DNA of 64,000 nucleotides from Cyanophora paradoxa CCMP329 (Eukaryota > Plantae > Glaucophyta): contig QPMI01000160.1 in assembly GCA_004431415.1 (NCBI GenBank), positions 1 to 64,000 on the forward strand, read 5' to 3'. The notes below the pieces were generated by a model. That model was not told the DNA's origin, made no database searches, and was given only the letters and a program-made list of their open reading frames with translations. How positions within the stretch are numbered: the first letter of the stretch is position 1; each line of letters begins with the position of its first letter. Shown here piece after piece: positions 34,601-45,392 of this stretch. The position numbers and the translations under genes were made by a program.

Positions 34601-36494
34601 GCTTCTGGAGGGTGCCGCCGCCGTGGCGGCGGGGCTGCCTGCCGGCGCCCTCTCGGGGCCCCTAGCCCTTGCCCAGGTACGGTACCCGGCGCGCGCCGGA
34701 TCTGAGCCCATGGCCACTGCACCGGCTGCGGTGCCTGCTCTCTCCGACGCTCGCTGAGATCGGTTCCGCAGATGACTGCCGCGGCCTTGAGTTGCTCGTT
34801 CGGTAAAGTGGACTCAGAAGCGCGCTTGCTCGGTTTCAGGGTGCGTCGGCGTCGAGCACACGCTTAAGCTTCGAAAATTTGCTCGCGACCGCTTCCAAAG
34901 TTCTCGCATCAGATTAGATTCCCCACCAAATGTTTCGCTCGACCTTCTAATAATTGCGCCAGCTGCGGGCGATGGGAAAGTACTCGGACGCTGGAGAGGT
35001 CACAATGGTCCATGCGCTCGCCCACATCTTACGAGGCCGGACTGGAGAGGCTTACGCCATATACAAGTCCCTGGCGCGCCCCCGGCCCTGGCTGCAGCTG
35101 CCCCCCGCGAAAATCGACCGCGCTCACCGGCTCCGCCCGCAGGAATCGTTTGCCGTAGCTCACACACACACCCTCTACTTGTGCGCCGCGCCGCACCCCT
35201 CGGAGCCTCTCGTATTTACGCGCAGGCGCTAATATCACGGCAGGTTCTGGGCTTTGGTGGGACGCGCGACGGCGGCCTTGCTCGATTGCGAGCACCCCGA
35301 CGTCGACCGCGTGCACCCACCCGTCGAAGTCACGTCGCACTCGCAGCCCACGGGCGCAGCGGCGCCCTTCCTGTATCGGTGCGAAATCAATTCGCATTCG
35401 ATTTGTTCGCGAAAGTTGCTATCAATCGCGAGCTCAAGCTCGAACTGGTGCAGAGACCAAACTGGCCATGGGCCTGTGCCCGTGGTGGAGCTTATCGACC
35501 AGGCGCGCCCGCTCGCTTTAGATTGCAATGCGCTCTTTCGCGCCGCGGCGGATCTCTCAGACCCGTCTAATTTCTGTCCAGGCGCGGCTCGAGTTTCGAA
35601 CGGAGCCGTTCCCGCTGGAGGCGCTCGCCCTGTCGGCCGCGGACGCCGCCTGCGCGCTCCGGGAGGGCCGCCTCCAGGTCCGGTCTCGGCTGCCTCGCCT
35701 GTCCGTGTTGCGCAGTGCGTATATCTCACCGTCCGCGCGCAGGCGGCGGAGCAAGCGGCGCTGGCGGCGGTGGAGGCGCTGCGGCGGCACCGGCCGGTGG
35801 GCGCGGGCTTCGGCTCCGAGTCGGCGGGCCGCGCGACGGCGCTGCACCTCGCCCTCCTGCCGCTGCTCCTCGCGGGGACAGTCCTGGCCGACCTGCTCGA
35901 CCACGGCTACACCGCGGAGGCCGCCGAGATCTCCTGGCGCCGAACCGCCAGCCGCCGCCAGCTCCTCCACGGCGGGTGCGCACGCATGCATGATCGACGG
36001 CGGATCGACGTCGCAATCGTTGAATATTTCGACCCGCGCAGGCCGCTGCTGGAGTCTTTCGCGGATAGGAACCTCGCGCTCGCTCGGGACTACGGGGAGA
36101 CGGAGGCAGGCTGGCGGCGGCACCTGCGCGCCGCCCTCCGCGACGTCGTCGACGCGCTCCGCCCCGAGGCCGCCCGCTTCCCCGCCGCCGCCCCCGCCTA
36201 CGAGCTCCTCGAGGTGAGTGGGCTTCGATCTAGATCTTATGCTTGGGTCGGCGTCGCGGGCCCTGGGTTGCCCATATGCATCGATCGCGATCCCATCCAG
36301 CCATCCACGTGTGCATGCGCGCTAATTGTAAGGATCGTGCACGTTTTCAGGGGAGGTGGCAGGCGCTCTCGGGCTCGGGCGCCGCGTCGCGGAAGCTGTA
36401 CCGGCGCGCGGCTGGCCTCGCCCAGGCCGCGGGGGTGCGCCTCATCGAGGAAATGGCGACGGGCTGGCTTCACCACTGCGATCGTGCATCGTAG
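26516..36494 (+). CDS. ADCY10-like protein: degenerate class III cyclase domains + STAND/AAA_16 ATPase + TPR-like C-terminus (many introns)
   Basis: Cyclase-like LRVDASISAG..VFGEPLDRLVRASSFVKPWQICVAPE and EIRSV..VGVASG. ATPase motifs LYGRREVK, Walker A GDHGSGKST (~30440), Walker B IVIDDFCDLDAAS, ERTGGVP, LGRLERIP..VLKLASVLGPRF. TPR-like helices follow. Start codon uncertain. Confidence 0.8.
28619..28661 (+). repeat. (CAG)n polyglutamine tract
   Basis: EQQQQQQQQQRQQQ in ORF 28308-28823. Confidence 0.9.
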
Positions 36495-37062
36495 CAAGAT
36501 CTAGAGAGTTCATAATTACTTGTCTCAGGCGCTTTCTATACTATGATGATATATCTTCAGAGCGGAATTTTCAGGAGCCGAGGCCGACCAACGCCATTAA
36601 TTGTTTTACACATTCAACTAGTGTAGATAATTCACTTGGCGCAGACGCGTACGCATTACATTACTAGAGCCGATCATTCGTAGGGCAACACCTTATGTGT
36701 ACATTTTATATATGCGTGATTATAGTACAGTGATCCTGTTTCAAGTTCATCCTTTTTTTTTGAGAAACTACCCACCCAGCGACCGTGATCAAAAAGCTTA
36801 AGACAGGAATGATTCACGACCAGCTAGTACAGTGAATCGCAGAGTGATGCCAGAAGAATGTGTTTACCTTCTCGCATGTGTTCGTAGATGTAAATAGATC
36901 GGATTACATTAGCTTCAATATATATCGACCTAGAATGTTTGCATCTGATGGATTCGAAATAATAATGTCCCTGCGGAGCAGGAGTGGCCTTGCATTTTCG
37001 GGGTCTTTCCTCGATCCGGGGGGGGGGCTCTTAAGGACCTCGATATTATCTCTTAATGACTT

Positions 37063-37592
37063 CCTACGGGGGGCTCGCCCCACCGTAGTCTCTCCGAGGG
37101 CTCAAAAGTAGATAGTAATCGTGATATTAAAAGATACCAAAGTCACTGAGTAATCAGAAATCAACGATATAACAAACAGTCGCAAAACACATAATCCGAT
37201 CAAGAGGGATCACGATAAGGGGCATGATTGTAAGAACGCAAAGCATAACTCAGTAAGGAGACTCGGAACGAGCACGAGGAGAAGTAGTAGAACTCGGAAG
37301 AGCATTAGAACAACGAGAAGCACGGGGACACAATCGTGAGCCCGCTGCCGGCGCCCAGATCTAGATACGCTGCGAGCATTGTCTTCTACTCCTTCTCCCG
37401 GAGTCCTCGTGCTCGTTCTCCTTATCTTTTGCGTTCTTCTGATCGTGTCCCTTCTCGTGATCCCTCTTGCAATTGATTCTGTATTTTGTGCTAGTTTACT
37501 GTATCTTTGATTTGTGATTGCTTTGTTGCCCTTAATATCACTACGCACGTATACCTACGGGGGGTTCGCCCCACCGTAGTCTCGTAGTCTCT
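37063..37592. mobile_element. Foldback-like repeat: diverged long inverted arms bracketed by a hairpin motif
   Basis: 37120-37295 and the reverse complement of 37383-37541 share gtgatattaa, caagagggatcacga, agaacgcaaa and gaacgagcacgagga in order. The motif cctacgggggg(c/t)tcgccccaccgtagtctc occurs at ~37063 and ~37554, and inverted at ~39379-39408. Confidence 0.55.
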
Positions 37593-37804
37593 CAAAAATA
37601 AATTAATGTATCTTGGACTCCGAATTCGAAGATCTAGAGATCTAGAGACACGTGACCGACGTCGACCCCCCCCCCCCCCCCCCGATTCAGAGAAAATTTC
37701 GCATACCCCATTCGATCTTGACCTTCCTGATTCAGCTAGAGGCAGCTTCGATATCGATCCGGATCCTGCAGCTGCAGCACCCGCATTCCGTGGCTCGTTT
37801 CAGC

Positions 37805-40800
37805 ATGGCCTTCATCGCCGCTCTCCCTGCCGTTCTCGTTGGGAGCGCGCCGGCGGCCACAGCGTGCGCGGTCTCTCCTCGGTGCCCTCCCGCAAACGCG
37901 CCGCTTGGCGAGCACCGACGCGTCGGCGCGCTCGCCTTGCCGCCGTCCGGCTCGCTCTTCGGCCGCGCATTCGCGCCGGCGACCGCGCGCCGCGAATTCT
38001 TCGGGGCCACGGTTTCGCGCGCTCCGGCCGCCCCGCGGCCACAGATCGCATTCAGCGTTCGCGCCGACGTGGAAGGTGCGCTGCGCATGCTCTGCAGCTG
38101 GGTTTCAGCTGCCAAGTTTCCGTGTGTATACGTATCTCGAAAGCAAAGCTCGAGCCCCATGACGCGCAAGCGCAGAGCTTCCCAAGGGCCAGCGCGAGAA
38201 CCTCGCGCACCTCGCGCGCCACAATTCTGGCGGTGCGTATGTATACCTCTGCGCGGCCGCGGGCCCACATTCCAAGCTTACGGCCTTCCCGATCGGCCCC
38301 GGCCGCTTCGGATTCCGGATCCTCAGTGTGGCACGGCCGCTGGACGGTGTACGCGCCGGACGGCCGGGTGACGAAGGCGTTCGACCTCTCGCGGGAGGTC
38401 CTCCTGGAGGGCCCCCCCGAGGCCGGACGCTTCGGCGAGGCGGCCAGCCACGTCGAGCGCCACCGGCGCGCCGCTTCGATTCTAATTTGAATCTTGCGCT
38501 CTCGCGATCGCTCTCGCGCCAGCGCCGCCTCCTGACCCGCCCGTGCTCGCGTGCGCGCGCGCAGGACGCCCGGCGGAGAGTACGAGAGCGCCCAGTGGTC
38601 CGCCCGGCCCGGCTTCGAGTCCGATGTTAACGTTCGCAATGAGCTCGAGCCCCGCGCGCGCGCATGCGCATGCGCAGGGCGTACCTCTCGCACAGCCGCG
38701 CCCCGCTATTTTTGGACTCGGGCGCCGGCATGTGGGCCTCGGTACCCTTCTCCGGCGCCGAGCTACTCTACGCGAAGGCAGGCCCCGCCCCGCCCAGCGC
38801 GCCCCGCCCCGAACCCTGCCGACAAATCGAATTCGAGACCGAGGTTTTAACGCCCATGGCCACGGCAATCCAACCCCCTTCCTCTCCGATTCGCCGCCCC
38901 CCGCCCTCCGCCCTTCTTCATCCATCCCCGCCCCACCCCTCCCCGCCCCGCCCCGCCCCGCCCCGCCCCGCGCCCGCGCGCGCCCACCCCAAGCCTCGGC
39001 CCCCGGTCGCGGACCCGCCCAGCAAATCGAGAATGAGGTTATGACGCCCACGTCAATCCACCCCCCTTCCCTCTCCGCCCTCCCCCGCCCTAGGCCTCCG
39101 CCCTTCCTCAGCTGCAGCCATCCGCCCTTCCCCCGCGCGCCCTGCCCCGCCCTGCCCCTCGCCCCCCTCCCCTCCCGCCCCCGCCGACGCCGACGTTGAC
39201 CGCGGGCGCGGGCGCGGGCAGACGCGGCCCGACGGGCGGCGCGTGCGCGTCGGCGCGGGCGTGGCGTACGACGCAGAGGGCGCCCTCGAGTCCGTCTCTT
39301 ACATCCGCGAGGCGCGTCACGGCGTTCCCCTTACATATATAATCCATTATAATATCCTTTATAAGTGATTGTTTTTGAGAGACTACGGTGGGGCGAACCC
39401 CCCGTAGGTACTGGCGTTATAAGACAGAATTGCAATATAAGCTTCCAGCTTCAATGCTGCCAGCTTGAAGAACGTTCCCCTCAGCTCGCCCCCTTCCCCC
39501 TCTCTCTAACTAGTCGGGCCCCGGGGGTCCTTTAAATTTCGCCTTTCCAGCTCAGGATCCGGGATCCGCCCTGGTTCGCCGCGCCGCGCCCGGCCCCGCT
39601 CAGCGGCCTCTGCGCAGAGGGGGCCGCCCGCCCAGGCCGGCGCGAATTAAATAAATAGATCTAGATGCGCACGCCCTCGTAAATAATCATGAATTATGCT
39701 CTTGGACCCCCTCTAGCTCGTCGGGGCACGCGCAGGACGCCTGCAATAGATCTAGATACATTATATATATAATAATTGAATCATCAGAGATCGAGGATTC
39801 TCTCTAACTAGATTCTCTCGGATTCTCTAACTGGAGTCTCTATCTGGATCCAGACCCTCTCTAACTCGTCGGGCACGCGCAGGGCGCCTTTAATAGATCT
39901 AGATGCCTTTCTAATGAAATAAAATCGTCGGAGATGAAGGATCCTCTCTAACTCGTATACGTGCGCGCAGGACGCCGGCGGGTGGCCCTCGCCGGCCTTC
40001 GCCGCCTTCGAGGAGGCCACGAGCGCCGCCGTCGGCCCCGCCGGCCACGGGCGCGCCCCGCCCCTGCCGCCCGTTCTATTAAGAGCTCCTAATGCTTCAT
40101 TCCTAATGTCTCTATTAAGAGCCCCTAATTATAAATGGCCACGGGCGCGCCCCGGCCCCGAACCCCTCCCCTCTTCCCTCCACGTGCACGTCCTTGGATG
40201 CTCCGATCCACTGTTAGCTTGGCTGCGTCCCGGGGGGGCATGGGCGTCGGCCCCGCCGGCCACGGGCGCGCCCCGCCCCTGCCGCCCGTTCTATCAAGAG
40301 CTCCTAAATGTTAAGAGCTCGATTATTAAGAGCTTATTAAGAGCTCCCGTTCTATTAAGAGCTCTACTATCTATTCTAATTTAAATGTTTTCATCCCTGC
40401 GAACTGCCTCCCGACATGCGCCGGCCACGCGCGGGCGCCGGCGCGCCCCGGCCCGGCCCCCTCGATCGCGCCCTTAGCGCAGCTGCCCTTCTCTACGACC
40501 TATATATGCGTTCTTGCGGACATTGCAAAAACTAAGTTTTGAGCCTAGGCCTAGGCCTCCCGGCCCCTCCCGCTGAGTCTACGCCTGATCATGACCCGCG
40601 CCCTGTGCAGCTTCGTCTGGCCCCCGAGGCCCGAGGCGCGCGCCCCGGCCGCGGCCCCCGCCCAGCCTCTCCTTCAGCTGCTGCGGCTCACCCCCTCTGC
40701 AGATCAAGAACGCGGCGATGGGGACCGGGGCCTTCGAGTTCAGCGCCACCGCCGGCGACGTCTTCCTCCAGGCCCGCCCCCCCCTCGAGCTCGAGCTCCT

Positions 40801-42007
40801 CCAATTTACGCTAATACATTTGATTGCTACCCAGCTATGTATTTATACCTCCTCCCTCCTATCTATATATTACCCAGCTACTCTATATTCTACCTCCTCC
40901 CTCCTCCCTAATATATTTACTACGCGGCCCGCCCCTCCTCCAATTTACGCTAATATATTCGATTTCTACCCAGCTCATTTCTGAGCTTGAAATCTGCGCA
41001 GAACTACGCGGCGTATCTGGACCTGCCCCACGCCCGCGTGCGCGCGCTGACCCCGGCCCGGCCCCCACCCCCCCGCGATATCGGTCGCCGTCTATGGCCC
41101 CGGCCCCTCGCCGACTCCCTCTCACGAATACATATACAATTTAATTTTACATGCTCTATGAACGATCCGAAAGGATTCCAGAACGGCAAATCTAGTTGTT
41201 CTCTGCTTAGAACTCGCTTCCGGCCTCTTCAGCTGAAGATCGGGGGCCGGGCCCCCCATGCGCAGTTCTCGATGCCTGACGGGGTGGTGGTCTACGTTCC
41301 CACGCGGCTGACGGACAAGGGCAAGAAAGGTCCGACCCGCCCCGACCCGCCCCGCCCTTCGCCGCTAAAGCGAGTCGCCTGTAAACATTTGACTGGCAGC
41401 GGTCCGCGCTCCCCGCGCGCCTCTAATATCTACCGCCTCCAAATTAAATGTCTAAGATCTATATCTAATATCTATCTGACTCGGTGCGCGCATGCGCAGG
41501 GCACCGCCACGACTTCGCGCTGACGCTCGTGGCCCCGGGCCGCCCCGGCCTCGCCATGGTGCCGAATCCAAAGCCCAGCCCGGCCCCAGCTGCAGCCCGG
41601 TCATAAATATCGCGCGACATTAAAGTTCCCGCCCGCCCCTCCCTCTCTCCCCTCCCCCTCTCCCTTCCCCCCTCCCCTCCCTCTCTCCCCTCATCAATTC
41701 CCTCCCATCTCCCCTCCCTCCCTCCCGCCCCTCCCTGCCGCCCCTCCCTCCCTCCCCGCCTCTCCCTCCCGCCCCTCCCTCTCGCCCCTCCCTGCCGCCC
41801 CTCCCTCCCTCCCCGCCTCTCCCTCCCGCCCCTCCCTCCCCGCCCCTCCCTCCCGCCCCTCCCTCCCTCCAGCCCCCCATTAACCCCCCCCCCTCTCCCC
41901 CCCCCTCCCCCCCCTTGCAGATCGTGCAGGCGCACTTCGACGGGGCGTCGGGGGCCCTCGAGCGCCTCGTCTCCGCTGAGGTCGACGAGGCCGCCCTCGA
42001 GATGTGA
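37805..42007 (+). CDS. Plastid-targeted DUF3598-like (cyanobacterial-type) protein, multi-exon
   Basis: Transit-peptide-like MAFIAALPAVLVGSAPAATACAVS...EFFGATV..FSVRA, then colinear motifs WHGRWTVYAPDG, GVAYDAEGALESVSYIRE|DAGGWPSP, MPDGVVVYVP and QAHFDGASGALERL. Stop TGA 42005-42007. Confidence 0.6.
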
Positions 42008-42810
42008 GGGGGAGGGGGCCGGGCTCCCGAGGAGACCCGGCCGAGGTCGGGAGGTGGAGGCGGAGGCGGCGGAGGCTGCGGAGGCAGCGGAGGGAGAGGC
42101 CTTCAAGGCGTGTACATACCGGAGTACCCCTGCACTTGTGTGTGTCGCTCCTGTGCATTTCCGTTTTTGCTGCCCTCGAGATGTGAGGGGGCTGCGGATG
42201 ATGAGGAGGCCTCGAAGAGAGGCCTGGGCCGACCCCGCCGAGCACAAGGCCGGGAGGCGGGGTCCTTCCAGTAGAGGCCTTCAAGGCTTGTACATATATA
42301 GTACATACCGTAGTAGCCCTGCAAACTTGTTGCTCTATCCATTTCCTTTTTCCATTGATCGTGTTGGTTTTTCGCGGGGTCGGGCCAGGGTCTTTTTGTG
42401 CAGAGCTTTATATATATTCTTTTCGCAGGATCCGGACCTCGTGTTTTTTTCATGTTCATCTCTCTCTAGATCTGCTTGCCGCAGTTGAGCTGCACATGTT
42501 GTCGATTTAGTAGCAATTTAGTAGTGTGCAATTTATAATTAGTAGTGTGCGTGTGCTCATGATCATCCCGTCGGTCCCGGGGCCCCTCAGCCTGGAAATG
42601 CCTTATAGAGGCTGCCATTCGGCCTGCAGGACGTCGACCCGCACGAAAATCATGAAAACTCGCGCTACGGCCCGGCGCCTGCAGCGGCTATATATATATC
42701 CGGCTATCCCGGCTGGAGCGTTCCTCACGTCCTTCGAATTCTCTGCCAGCTGCCAGTGTAGCTGCAGGGCACTCAGCGACTAGCTCGAACTCGAAGGCTC
42801 GGCCCGCGAG

Positions 42811-45392
42811 TCACGGGGCGCGGCGGAGGAGCAGGGAGACGTTGCGGAGGGGCGTCGGGGCGGACGCCTCGAGCGCCGCGAAGGCCGGCATCGCCCCCCG
42901 CGCCCGCGCCTCCACCCGCGCCTGGCCACACGGTCCGCCCCAATTAGAAGAGCTGGAGGGATTGGGGGGGTAGGGGCGGACCTTCAGTGCGGCGAGGGCG
43001 GCCGCCCTGCCCTCGGGTCCCCGCCCCTCGTCCAGCGCAGCCTGCGCTCGCGATCGGATGAGAGACCGTCGAACCCGTTTTGCTTCTATCATTATCCTTA
43101 CGAAGCTTCTAAGAAAACTATATCTCGCTTCTATCATTATCCTTAAGCGGAGCCTCCGGAGCAGCAAAGGAAATCGGGGCGGGCTCGCCTCGAGAATGGG
43201 CCCAGCGTACGCCAGCATCATTGCCGCCATCCGCGCCGCCGCCGCCGCGAAGTCGTATGGGCCGGGGCCCGCCAGCCCCGCCGCCGCCTGGCGGAGAGAC
43301 GCGCGGATGGATCAGAACGAAGGACGGGTGAGAGATCTAGAGGCGGGGGGCTCCGATCTTGGGGAGGCGGGGGGGTACCTGAAAGGAGCCAATCGTGTTC
43401 GTCTGGCGGGTCTCAAGGCTCTCGATCGAGAGGCCGGGCGGCGCCGCCCCCGTCTGCGCGGCGCTAATTATATATAGGATTCGGCATCCGGAAAAAGAGA
43501 GGATGGGGGTACGCGCCTCGAAGGGCCGCCGAAGGTCGGAGAGGGTACGGAAGTGGACGGGGGGGAAGACCCGCGCCGCCTCCTCCGGCGTCCACTCTGA
43601 GAGAAGGTACAGGCTTAGGGTCAGAAAGCCTTCGGGGTACAGATCGCATTCGAAACAGCAGAAAGGGATGCGAGCGTACCCCCCGCGGCTACCGCGTCTT
43701 CCACGCCGCGGGAGATGGCGCCCTACGGGTAGACCGGAAGAAGGAGGCCGGGCTATTATTAGACAGGGCACATGAAAGGGGGGGGGGCGCCGGGGAGGGG
43801 GGTAGGCGCCCTCGGGCGGACCGGCTGTATGGCGCTCCAGGCCTCCTCTGGGGCCTCCCCCCTTCGCAGGGCTCAGTGGAGGGAGCGGAAAGAAGGGGGG
43901 GGGGGGCGGCAAGGGTGGAGGGGAAGGAGGGGGGGGGGGGGGGGTCCCGGAGGAGCGAGGGCCGGCGGGGGCGGGGCGGGGCGAGGGCCAGCAGAGGGCC
44001 GGGGCGCGCGCGGGGGGAGGGGGCGGGGAGTGCGGGGGAGAGGGGGGGGGGGGGGCAAGGAGGGGCAAGGGAGAGGGGCGGAGGGAAGGGAGAGAGGGAG
44101 AGGGGGGGGAACGGGGGCGAGCTCTAGGCAAGGCGAATTTGAAGTGTGTGCGCGGGAGGCAAGGGGAGGAGAAAGGGGAGGGGGGAAAGAATAGGGAGGG
44201 GGGAACAGTGAGGTGGAAGGGGGGGGGGTAGAGAAAAGGGTGCGCACGAGCGGACCCCGGCGATGAGGAGGAGCGCGCCTCCGGGCCGCAGCTCCTCCGC
44301 CCGGCGCGCCAGGAAGGTCTCCCAGTCCTCCGCGGCCTGATCAGATCAGATCAGATCAGATCAGATCAGATCAGATCAGATCAGATCAGATCAGATCAGA
44401 TCAGATCAGATCAGATCAGATCAGATCAGATTCAAGCGTCCCCCAAAGTCGCACCTGAGCCTCGACGGCCGCCCGCTCGTCTGATCTGAGCTCTTCGAAA
44501 TCAAACGAGGAGGCTGCCTGGGTACGCGAGATAAGCGGCCTGGGCGCGGGGGGTACGGGATGCGTGGAATGCGGGGGGGGGGGTACCGGGAGGGGCGCTC
44601 GAGACAGCCAGTGGATGGACGTGGAGCACAGCGCGAGATCCACGGTCCCGGCGGGCGCGCAGCTCCCGTGGAGGCTGCGGGGCACGATGGCGGCGTGTAC
44701 CCCGGCGAGCCGCTGGGGGTACGCGGTCGGCGCCCCGAGGGCGGCGGCCAGCGTTCCGAAGTCGTGCCCGGGGCTGTCCGCGTGGACTGTTCGGATCCGG
44801 GAGGGATCGATTATTGAAGGGGCACGCCGCTCGCGGCCGGGGGCGCACGGCAGAGGATGGGGTTCGGGCAGCGCGAGCGGAGGACGGCAGCCACTGCGCC
44901 GATCGCCTCGACGGAGTTCAGGCCCTGCGGGTCGCTATAGTTAGGAACTTTGATGAGTGCTTATAAGCTTAAGCTTAAGCTGAAGCTTAAGCTGCGCCGC
45001 GCACTGTCTTCTTCGCGTAGTCGGCGACTGTGATGATGGCGCCCGGGTCCGAGGGCAGCGGCAGCGCCCGCGCCGCCTCCAGCAGGGGGCCCAGGCCCTG
45101 TTGTGGGAGGGGCGCGCTCGAGAGGGGAGCAGTAGGGGAGGAGGGGGGGGGCGGAAGGGGGGTAGGGGACGGGAGGGGGGTACACGCGCACCTGATCCAC
45201 GAAGTTGCGCTCGAGAGCGAGGCGGTCCTCCTCCACTCGCCTGGAGGCCGGCTGCGGGCCGGGCGGCGCGCGCGAGGCGCGCAGAGGCCTCAGCAGACGG
45301 CGCGCCGCGCGGTCGCAGTGCGGCGCCGCGGCGGCGGAGACGGCGGCGACGGGGCTAACTCGCCTCGGACAGCGTCGGAGCTCGAGGAGCAT
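42811..45392 (-). CDS. SAM-dependent carboxyl methyltransferase (SABATH / Methyltransf_7 family), multi-exon
   Basis: ITVADY, QGLNS, HADSPGHDFGTL, VPRSLHGSCAPAGTVDLALCSTSIHWLS, Q|AAEDWETFLARRAEELRPGG and PVHFRTLSDL occur in family order. Confidence 0.8.
44339..44431. repeat. (GATCA)18 microsatellite at an intron 3' end
   Basis: Perfect pentanucleotide array abutting the acceptor that precedes AAEDWETFL. Confidence 0.95.
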
